Source: a virus (lineage: Duplodnaviria; Heunggongvirae; Uroviricota; Caudoviricetes). From it: a DNA stretch of 5,340 bases. A program made the translations under genes and the position numbers. Where the stretch lies: the IMG/VR virus record IMGVR_UViG_2521172589_000005. One strand, 5' to 3'. The notes under the pieces are model-generated. The model did not search any database, was not told where the DNA came from, and saw only the letters and a list, made by a program, of their open reading frames with translations. Every line of letters begins with the position of its first letter. The stretch's first letter is position 1. Below are positions 1-5,087 of this stretch, one piece after another.

Positions 1-148
1 AGGCTATCTATGAACCAGCTACCTCGCCGTGCGCTTTCGCGTTATGGTCTGACTTTTCAGGGAAATATCCTTTCAGTAAACTGTCAGTGCCGGATGCTCA
101 CCCGTGTCCGGCACACGCACTCCACCTCACCCGTGGAGAACTCCTTTA

Positions 149-364
149 TTACCAACCTGTAATCATTCTGGCAATGCTTAATGCTGCTGCTTTTTCCAGA
201 TTGGTGATATCCTGCTCCAGAGCGGACAGATTTTCAGCCTGCTTAGCCCTGGCTTCATTGGCCCATTTCAGATCCTGCGCTGCATTAATTTTCTGGTGCA
301 TCCACTCATAAAGTTCATCATCGGTATAGTCTGGCGCGATGATGACGGGTTCTCGTTTCTGCAT
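149..364 (-). CDS. ydfC: Small protein of unknown function, 71 aa, third gene of the dicB-type operon (YdfC-like)
   Basis: Intact 71-codon ORF in the six-frame track; translation is charged and helical-looking. GAGGA Shine-Dalgarno about 7 nt upstream of the ATG at 364. Position (third small gene after dicA on the same strand) and size match ydfC of the K-12 Qin prophage as I recall it (72 aa). Sequence identity not verified. Confidence 0.65.
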   Translation of the reverse strand: MQKREPVIIAPDYTDDELYEWMHQKINAAQDLKWANEARAKQAENLSALEQDITNLEKAAALSIARMITGW

Positions 365-393
365 ACTGATTCCTCGCGGTGCTGTTTCGCTTA

Positions 394-522
394 TCAGCCG
401 TTAGATTTTGCCGAACTGGAAAGCGCCTGTTTAAATTCGTTGAAGCTGAGAGCTTCTTCGCCTTCGGCAAGACCTTCGAAGTATTCTTCGTAAGCCTTTT
501 CCATGATTGTGTCGAAATCCAT
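394..522 (-). CDS. ydfB: Small acidic protein, 42 aa (YdfB-like); below the 60-aa cutoff of the supplied ORF track
   Basis: Hand translation of the minus strand from ATG at 522 gives MDFDTIMEKAYEEYFEGLAEGEEALSFNEFKQALSSSAKSNG, stop TGA at 396-394. AGGTGA Shine-Dalgarno 5 nt upstream. Start lies 1 nt after the ydfA stop, suggesting coupling. Length equals the 42 aa annotated for ydfB in K-12 (from memory). Confidence 0.65.
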   Translation of the reverse strand: MDFDTIMEKAYEEYFEGLAEGEEALSFNEFKQALSSSAKSNG

Positions 523-523
523 A

Positions 524-679
524 TCACTCACCTGAGTTTCTTTCCAGCCAGCGACGGGCACCATTTTCGGTTTTAAACGTTTTGCTTTTGGTATACGTCA
601 TCGCGGTGAACGTGCCGTCCTGGTTGGGGAACACGCCACATACCAGAGATTCGCTGTTGCCAAGATCGATAGTATCCAT
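524..679 (-). CDS. ydfA: Small protein, 51 aa (YdfA-like), first gene of the dicB-type operon
   Basis: Within the listed minus ORF 524..733 the internal ATG at 679 has a GAGGT Shine-Dalgarno 5-6 nt upstream. Product MDTIDLGNSESLVCGVFPNQDGTFTAMTYTKSKTFKTENGARRWLERNSGE is 51 aa, the size of K-12 YdfA. The upstream in-frame extension to 733 has no ribosome-binding site. Confidence 0.7.
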   Translation of the reverse strand: MDTIDLGNSESLVCGVFPNQDGTFTAMTYTKSKTFKTENGARRWLERNSGE

Positions 680-792
680 GCTGACCTCATTTCCCCTTAA
701 CGCCGGGGTAGCGGAACTGTTTGCTGAGAACACCGTGCGGTGTCTTGATGGAAAGTAATTTAGAATAACCTAACATGAGAGGCAAGTGTTTT

Positions 793-828
793 TTGTTAGA
801 TTAGTCTAACAAAAAGAGTGGGCGCAAC
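793..828 (-). promoter_or_regulatory. Putative repressor-controlled promoter of the ydfABC (dicB-type) operon with an overlapping operator palindrome
   Basis: On the minus strand: -35 TTGCGC (828-823), 17-nt spacer, -10 ACTAAT (805-800). The perfect palindrome TTGTTAGA-ttag-TCTAACAA (793-812) overlaps the -10 and predicted start site. The same 7-4-7 core TGTTAGA-N4-TCTAACA recurs at 1305-1322 in the dicA/dicC intergenic region. Confidence 0.5.
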
Positions 829-847
829 TAATCACTTGAAAAGAATG

Positions 848-1255
848 TTATTTTATTGATTTATTTTTACGCGCTTTAAGCATTTCTTCGAAGAGTTTGT
901 TGAAGTTTTCTACTCTTGCGCGCATTTCAGACAGCAAGGCTTCCTGCTCGGAAGATGGAAGAGCATCGAATAATTCGATCAATTCTTTGTGGTTGGGAGT
1001 TAGCTCTGTTTCCACATGAAGTTCTTGTGCAGGCACTGGTGCCTTGTCTTCGTCACCAAACATTAGCCATGTAGGTGAGCACTTCAGAGCATCCGCTAAA
1101 GCAAACAATCGTTTTCCGACTGGCTGGGTTTCGTCTCTTTCCCATTGTGAAATTGTGACGTGAGCAACTCCAGCGAGGCGCGCAGCTTCTCGTTGTGTTA
1201 AGCGTAATTCTTTTCGTCGCGCCAGAACTCGCTGGCCTAGGGTTCTTGTATCCAT
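848..1255 (-). CDS. dicA: Prophage immunity repressor, XRE/cI-type helix-turn-helix, 135 aa (DicA-like)
   Basis: 135-aa ORF with a classic HTH (LTQREAARLAGVAHVTISQWERDETQP). Divergent from a 75/76-aa Cro-like gene and followed on the same strand by the ydfA/B/C-sized genes. Size equals K-12 DicA (135 aa). No recognisable Shine-Dalgarno before the ATG at 1255 and a TAGAAT -10 box lies only about 9 nt upstream, so the mRNA may be leaderless (inference). Confidence 0.8.
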   Translation of the reverse strand: MDTRTLGQRVLARRKELRLTQREAARLAGVAHVTISQWERDETQPVGKRLFALADALKCSPTWLMFGDEDKAPVPAQELHVETELTPNHKELIELFDALPSSEQEALLSEMRARVENFNKLFEEMLKARKNKSIK

Positions 1256-1277
1256 AGTTAGGTAATTCTAATTTTTC

Positions 1278-1322
1278 TTGACTTAGATATCCCGCGCACA
1301 ATAATGTTAGAAAAGTCTAACA
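1278..1322 (+). promoter_or_regulatory. Putative rightward promoter for the Cro-like gene with an overlapping operator palindrome
   Basis: -35 TTGACT (1278-1283), 16-nt spacer, -10 AATAAT (1300-1305). Palindrome TGTTAGA-aaag-TCTAACA (1305-1322) overlaps the -10 and start site. A degenerate relative, GTTAG-gtaattc-CTAAT, sits at about 1257-1273 near the predicted dicA -10. Confidence 0.5.
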
Positions 1323-1335
1323 AGAGGGGGCTTTG

Positions 1336-1563
1336 ATGCTTAAAGTTGACGCAATTACTTTTTTTGGCAGCAAAACAAAGCTTGCCAATGCCGCAGGAGT
1401 GAGACTGGCAAGTGTTGCTGCTTGGGGGATACTGGTTCCTGAAGGTCGCGCGATGCGTCTACAGGAGGCATCTGGCGGGGAGCTTCTGTATGATCCCAAG
1501 GTTTATGACGAATATCGTAAGACGAAGCGGGCGGGGCGGTTGAACAATGAAAATCACTCCTGA
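1336..1563 (+). CDS. dicC: Cro-like small regulator, 75 aa from ATG 1336 (76 aa if the TTG at 1333 is used); DicC-like
   Basis: AGAGGGGG Shine-Dalgarno at 1323-1330 with 5-nt spacing to ATG 1336. Transcribed divergently from the repressor. Size matches the 76-aa DicC of the Qin prophage. Confidence 0.75.
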   Translation: MLKVDAITFFGSKTKLANAAGVRLASVAAWGILVPEGRAMRLQEASGGELLYDPKVYDEYRKTKRAGRLNNENHS

Positions 1564-2068
1564 ACAGGCTCGTGAGGCTCTGGATGCCTGGATATGTCGA
1601 CCAGGAATGACACAGGAGCAGGCGACGATATTAATCACTGAAGCATTCTGGGCTTTGAAAGAGCGCCCGAACATCGATGTTCAGCGTGTCACAGATGAAG
1701 GTGGCGCGGTTGATCAGCGAGCGCTTGGCGTTAATCGAGTGAAGATATTCGAACGCTGGAAGGCTATCGACACCAGGGATAAGCGTGAAAAGTTCACGGC
1801 GCTAGTGCCTGCAATTATGGAGGCTATCCGGATTAATGATTTCAGGTTGTATCGTGAAATTAGTGACGGAAATAGCATCACGTACATGATCGCCGGGTTA
1901 AACAAAGAATATGGCGATGTGGTGGAGTCCGGACTGCTTTTTGCTGATCCTGCCGTAGTGGATCGTGAAACTGACGAACTTATAGAAAAAGCAATTGCTT
2001 TCAAACTTGCGTATCGACAGCAATACCAACAAAAAGCTGGATGGAATTATGAGCCTTCTTTTTGCTGA
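1547..2068 (+). CDS. YdaT-like protein (DUF1019-type, cII-like regulator or putative toxin), 173 aa
   Basis: ATG at 1547 overlaps the dicC stop (1561-1563) by 17 nt. The stretch IFERWKAIDTRDKREKFTALVPAIMEAI resembles the conserved core I recall for Rac prophage YdaT. Gene order repressor / Cro-like / YdaT-like is the known racR-ydaS-ydaT arrangement. Confidence 0.6.
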   Translation: MKITPEQAREALDAWICRPGMTQEQATILITEAFWALKERPNIDVQRVTDEGGAVDQRALGVNRVKIFERWKAIDTRDKREKFTALVPAIMEAIRINDFRLYREISDGNSITYMIAGLNKEYGDVVESGLLFADPAVVDRETDELIEKAIAFKLAYRQQYQQKAGWNYEPSFC

Positions 2069-3014
2069 ACGCCCACTGGTTATAAACACACAGCTTGCGA
2101 TGAAGATTGGCTTAAATGAAGCTATTGTGTTGCAGCAGTTGCATTACTGGTTGAGAGATACCAATTCCGGCATGGAATGTGATGGTGTTCGCTGGATTTA
2201 CAACACAACGGAACAATGGCTGGAACAGTTCCCATTCTGGTCAGAGTCAACGTTAAAGCGCGCGTTTGCAAGTCTGAAAACGCTGGGGCTTTTGCGTTGT
2301 GAAAAGCTCAATAAATCAAAGCGCGATATGACCAATTTCTACACGATTAACTATGGGAGCGAGCTTTTAGATGATGGCAAATTGAGCGAATCCATCGGTT
2401 CAAAATGCGCCGCTCCATCAGGTCAAAATGACACGATGGAAGAGGTCAAAATGAAACGCTCCATTGGTTCAAAACGACCCAATGTCATCGGGTCAAAATG
2501 GCCCGATGATCCTACAGAGAATACAACAGAGATTACTACAGAGAATAAAAACACTTTTCGTCCGGAAGCTTCGCAACCGGACCCGCAGACGGCTGAACAG
2601 GATTTTTTAATCCGGCACCCTGGCGCAGTTGTGTTTAGTGCGAAAAAACGCCAGTGGGGTAGCCAGGAGGATCTGGCGTGTGCGCAGTGGATATGGGGGC
2701 GGATCGTGGGTCTCTACGAACAGGCCGCCAGTGATGATGGCGAGATCATGCGACCAAAAGAGCCTAACTGGACTGTCTGGGCCAATGATGTGCGCACAAT
2801 GCGGATGCTGGATGGCAGAAGCCACAGACAAATTTGTGAAATGTTTGGTCGGGTACAGCGGGATCCATTCTGGGTAAAAAACATCATGAGCCCGTCAAAG
2901 CTCCGCGAAAAATGGGACGAACTGGTCATCCGCCTGGGGCGTTCACCTGTACAGCGTTGTGTTAATCATATTTCTGAACCGGATACAGAAATTCCGCCTG
3001 GTTTCAGAGGATAA
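2049..3014 (+). CDS. Phage replication initiator: lambda-O-like N-terminal domain, repeat-encoded linker, DnaT-like C-terminal domain
   Basis: 339-codon frame opens with TTG at 1995; the first ATG (2049) gives a 321-aa product and overlaps the upstream stop by 20 nt. The N-terminus (SESTLKRAFASLKTLGLLRCEK) has the winged-helix pattern of lambda O-type organisers. The C-terminus ends ...VNHISEPDTEIPPGFRG, closely matching the C-terminal tail of E. coli DnaT as I recall it (...NTVSEPDSQIPPGFRG). The middle encodes IGSK peptide repeats that are iterons at the DNA level. Confidence 0.8.
   Translation: MSLLFAERPLVINTQLAMKIGLNEAIVLQQLHYWLRDTNSGMECDGVRWIYNTTEQWLEQFPFWSESTLKRAFASLKTLGLLRCEKLNKSKRDMTNFYTINYGSELLDDGKLSESIGSKCAAPSGQNDTMEEVKMKRSIGSKRPNVIGSKWPDDPTENTTEITTENKNTFRPEASQPDPQTAEQDFLIRHPGAVVFSAKKRQWGSQEDLACAQWIWGRIVGLYEQAASDDGEIMRPKEPNWTVWANDVRTMRMLDGRSHRQICEMFGRVQRDPFWVKNIMSPSKLREKWDELVIRLGRSPVQRCVNHISEPDTEIPPGFRG
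2391..2500. repeat. Iteron array: five direct repeats, consensus about TCCATCGGGTCAAAATG, at 22-25 bp spacing, inside the initiator gene (putative prophage ori)
   Basis: Core GGT(T)CAAAA(T/C)G at 2397-2407, 2421-2430, 2444-2453, 2466-2476 and 2491-2500. Four copies carry the extended CCAT(C/T) left arm. Arrangement parallels the lambda ori iterons located within gene O. Confidence 0.7.
2511..2560. repeat. A/T- and purine-rich tract with three ACAGAGA repeats at 12-bp spacing, just right of the iterons (candidate DNA-unwinding element)
   Basis: ACAGAGA at 2514-2520, 2526-2532 and 2538-2544, followed by AATAAAAACACTTTT. Position relative to the iterons mirrors the lambda ori AT-rich region. 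Confidence 0.5.
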
Positions 3015-3054
3015 GTTTTGATTTCAGGTCATGAGGTAATTTTAAGGGGGACTT

Positions 3055-3477
3055 GTGGCAAAAGTTTTTACACAAGAAGAGCGGGAAAAAATTAAAGGGC
3101 AGGTGGTGGAACTCGTGCGCCAGAGCGGTCGTGAGACGTTACGGCAACTGGAAGCTAAAACAGGTGCGACTAGATATCTGATGAGCGTTCTTGCCAGAGA
3201 GCTGGTAGCCAGTGGCGATGTATACAACTCCGGCTACGGGTTATTCCCGTCTGAACAGGCGCGTAAGGACTGGCAAAACGCCCGCAAAAAACTCTCGAGG
3301 GCAAAGGTGAAGAAAACAGCTGTGGTTGATCCGGACCTTATCTGGTCGTTACCTGATGGAGAAATACGTCGCTACGACAGTCGCCTAAACATAATCTGTC
3401 GCGAGTGCCGGAAGAGCGAAGCTATGCAGCGTGTACTGGCTTTCTACCAGGGTAATTTTCAGGAGGCGGTACTGTGA
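3055..3477 (+). CDS. Hypothetical protein, 140 aa, in the slot where a helicase loader (P or DnaC-like) is normally found
   Basis: GTG start at 3055 preceded by a strong AAGGGGGA Shine-Dalgarno 5-6 nt upstream. No Walker A motif visible, so it is not a DnaC-like loader. Single CxxC (CRECRK) near the C-terminus. Function unknown. Confidence 0.75.
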   Translation: MAKVFTQEEREKIKGQVVELVRQSGRETLRQLEAKTGATRYLMSVLARELVASGDVYNSGYGLFPSEQARKDWQNARKKLSRAKVKKTAVVDPDLIWSLPDGEIRRYDSRLNIICRECRKSEAMQRVLAFYQGNFQEAVL

Positions 3478-3714
3478 GTGAAATTAGCTATCAGGCTTCA
3501 ATTGCCGCTGGCATTCGCATCAAAGGAGAGGAGCATGGAAATAAAACCAGAGGATTAGTTAAGCAATATCGTTTTATTTCCGATAAAAGAGGATGACCCT
3601 CGTAATCAGGTTAATTTTCTTTATGAGCCATCGGAAAGACCATATTGCCATCACGCTTCTGTCCGGGTTGACGAAAAAGAGCGTCAGGTCCGCTGTAAAA
3701 TCTGAGGTGCAGTT

Positions 3715-3891
3715 GTGGAGCCATTTGACTGGATGCTCTCTGTGGCGAAAAGAGAAACCAGACTGGCAGATGATGTAAGGCTCTTGCGCCAGGAGGAACG
3801 GGAAAGGCGAAAAAATATAGAAAAGCTAATTCAGATTGAGCGTAACGGGAAAGCGCGGATACGCAGGGTGACAAAATCCAGAACTGAATAA
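3715..3891 (+). CDS. Small basic, coiled-coil-like protein, 58 aa (hypothetical); below the ORF-track cutoff
   Basis: GTG at 3715 with GAGGTG Shine-Dalgarno 5 nt upstream. Product VEPFDWMLSVAKRETRLADDVRLLRQEERERRKNIEKLIQIERNGKARIRRVTKSRTE, stop TAA 3889-3891. Competes with the listed minus ORF 3611..3943, whose translation looks non-protein-like. Confidence 0.4.
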   Translation: MEPFDWMLSVAKRETRLADDVRLLRQEERERRKNIEKLIQIERNGKARIRRVTKSRTE

Positions 3892-3984
3892 TTAAATTTA
3901 GCACTGTTAAAAATTTAATCCTTAACCGGAGGGATTTCTGCACCCTCAGAACATCAGGAGGCCGCCCGAAAGGGCGGTAGTTAA

Positions 3985-4122
3985 ATGCGAAAGTTTAAAA
4001 TAATTATTGAAACGGGAATAGCCGGTGGAGATTTCGAGGATGAATTCGAAGTGGATAATGATGCGACGCCTGATGAAATACATGACGAAGCAAAAGATAT
4101 TTTCTTTAACTACTGCAATTAA
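3985..4122 (+). CDS. Very acidic small protein, 45 aa (hypothetical)
   Basis: ATG at 3985, stop TAA 4120-4122. Product MRKFKIIIETGIAGGDFEDEFEVDNDATPDEIHDEAKDIFFNYCN has 13 Asp/Glu in 45 residues. AGGAGG at 3955-3960 is separated from the ATG by a GC hairpin (3961-3978). Confidence 0.45.
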   Translation: MRKFKIIIETGIAGGDFEDEFEVDNDATPDEIHDEAKDIFFNYCN

Positions 4123-4159
4123 TCATATCACGAAATAAAAGACGAGGAGGAAGAACAAA

Positions 4160-4336
4160 ATGGCTGATTTTGGTTCAACTAAATACAACGTCGGTTTTGA
4201 AGAATGGCATGAACTGTTAATGGACTATGCAGAGTTACGTGGTGGCAGTGCTGCTGATGCTGAAGCATGGCGTGATGATTATGAAGCAGGAAAAACTCCG
4301 GTCGAAGCATATTGTGATGAGTGGGGCGATGAATGA
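4160..4336 (+). CDS. Very acidic small protein, 58 aa (hypothetical)
   Basis: GAGGAGG Shine-Dalgarno at 4144-4150 and ATG at 4160. Product MADFGSTKYNVGFEEWHELLMDYAELRGGSAADAEAWRDDYEAGKTPVEAYCDEWGDE has 16 Asp/Glu in 58 residues. Stop TGA 4334-4336 overlaps the next ATG (ATGA). Confidence 0.55.
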   Translation: MADFGSTKYNVGFEEWHELLMDYAELRGGSAADAEAWRDDYEAGKTPVEAYCDEWGDE

Positions 4337-4648
4337 GCGAGGTTAATTATCAGGAAGGGCATGAAACGGCGGGGCAAGCAAAAACAGTGGCATGGCGATA
4401 TCGCTACGTGAAAAAAAGGCGTTACGGACTTTCAGGGGAAGTAGTGGTCTGGTGACTGGAAATATGTACCGAAAAAAGAGGATTGTAACGATAGGCAGAA
4501 CTATGAAATTCAGGCCTTATTCACTGCCCCGCCAGTCCCGGTTACATCAGAAGAACTGGTTAAAGCTGTGCACTTTTATGAACAACTAAAACGCGAAAAT
4601 CCACCAGCATCCGGAAACCTGATTACAGATTCCCAGATAAGGCAATGA
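4333..4648 (+). pseudogene. Frame-split gene: 40-codon ORF (4333..4455) abutting a 67-codon protein-like frame (+1, 4445..4648) that has no start codon; frameshifted pseudogene or recoding candidate
   Basis: ATG 4333 is coupled to the upstream stop; this frame ends at TGA 4453-4455 in a TGA-C context. The +1 frame opens at 4445 and encodes ...DWKYVPKKEDCNDRQNYEIQALFTAPPVPVTSEELVKAVHFYEQLKRENPPASGNLITDSQIRQ with no ATG/GTG/TTG before codon 42. The track ORF 4392..4589 in the third frame looks non-coding. Confidence 0.35.
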
Positions 4649-4818
4649 GCTACCTGGCGCAGAACGGGCTGATAAGTATGGGGAATGTTTTACGATGAAT
4701 ATTTAGACTAAAGAGTTTGTAACGCTATGTAAGTGATTTTTTCTGGTTTAGATATTTATATGTCCGGCTAAATTGAGGTGTGTTTAAATGTTATTGCACA
4801 TTGATTGTAGGGGGAATA

Positions 4819-4998
4819 ATGAAAAACGCATTGCAGTTTTTGTTTGTTGCGTTCTGGTTGTTCGCATCATGTATGCCCATCATCTTCACAGCAAGGTATA
4901 TGGAAAAAGTTGATGTTTTGATATTAATATTTGGATATATAAATGCCCTTTTTTTAGGGGTGTTCATGGCGGTCATGTGCATTGAATACTGGCGGTAA
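4819..4998 (+). CDS. Small hydrophobic protein, 59 aa, two predicted transmembrane helices (hypothetical)
   Basis: Internal ATG at 4819 of track ORF 4780..4998, with AGGGGGA Shine-Dalgarno 4 nt upstream. Product MKNALQFLFVAFWLFASCMPIIFTARYMEKVDVLILIFGYINALFLGVFMAVMCIEYWR has two hydrophobic segments of about 20 residues. Sits in a visibly AT-rich islet (about 4680-5000). Confidence 0.55.
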   Translation: MKNALQFLFVAFWLFASCMPIIFTARYMEKVDVLILIFGYINALFLGVFMAVMCIEYWR

Positions 4999-5052
4999 AT
5001 ACAGCGAACTCCATTGGTTTAGTTGGATATTTACTGTGCTGGACAAAACGGT

Positions 5053-5080
5053 TTGCGGGGAAATCTTAGTTAAGTAGAAT
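5053..5080 (+). promoter_or_regulatory. Putative sigma70 promoter of the hok mRNA
   Basis: -35 TTGCGG (5053-5058), 16-nt spacer, -10 TAGAAT (5075-5080). Predicted start near 5087, immediately upstream of the tac-like element. Confidence 0.5.
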
Positions 5081-5087
5081 GACTGCG

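Noticed and set aside
1-148. dicF sRNA
   Set aside because: Expected downstream of ydfC in a dicB-type operon, but no match to the DicF sequence as I recall it was seen on either strand; it probably lies beyond the left edge.
87-311. Plus-strand ORF, 74 aa
   Set aside because: Lies mostly antisense to the ydfC-like gene; no ribosome-binding site; Ala/Leu/Ser/Cys-rich translation typical of an antisense frame.
318-576. Minus ORF 318..527 (69 aa) and plus ORF 379..576 (65 aa)
   Set aside because: Both overlap the better-supported 42-aa ydfB-like gene in other frames or strands; translations are Arg/Ser-rich and non-protein-like, with no Shine-Dalgarno.
507-758. Plus-strand ORF, 83 aa
   Set aside because: Antisense to the ydfA-like gene and its leader; no support beyond being open.
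1053-1674. Minus ORFs 1053..1301, 1317..1499 and 1459..1674
   Set aside because: Alternative frame of dicA, or antisense to dicC and the YdaT-like gene; they would run through the divergent promoter/operator region; low-complexity translations.
1714-2089. Minus ORFs 1714..2004 and 1898..2089
   Set aside because: Antisense to the YdaT-like gene and the initiator start; Ser-rich translations.
2391-2500. Possible CRISPR array
   Set aside because: Repeats are only about 10-17 bp with 6-14 bp intervening sequence, lie inside a coding frame, and are followed by an AT-rich tract: iterons, not CRISPR repeats.
2607-2929. Three overlapping ORFs (2607..2831 minus, 2629..2877 plus, 2714..2929 minus)
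   Set aside because: All lie inside the 321-aa initiator gene, whose C-terminus has a recognisable DnaT-like tail.
3042-3227. Minus ORF, 61 aa
   Set aside because: Antisense to the well-supported 140-aa gene, which has a strong Shine-Dalgarno.
3593-3943. Plus ORF 3593..3778 (61 aa) and minus ORF 3611..3943 (110 aa)
   Set aside because: The plus ORF has its ATG directly abutting the only purine-rich stretch (spacing about 0) and an implausible product. The minus ORF has a low-complexity translation (FFAFPVPPGARALHH...) and no ribosome-binding site, and conflicts with the plus-strand 58-aa ORF that has a GTG plus Shine-Dalgarno. Kept as uncertain, not called.
4392-4589. Plus ORF, 65 aa
   Set aside because: Arg/Lys/Ser-rich translation; the overlapping +1 frame looks far more protein-like (see the frame-split gene).
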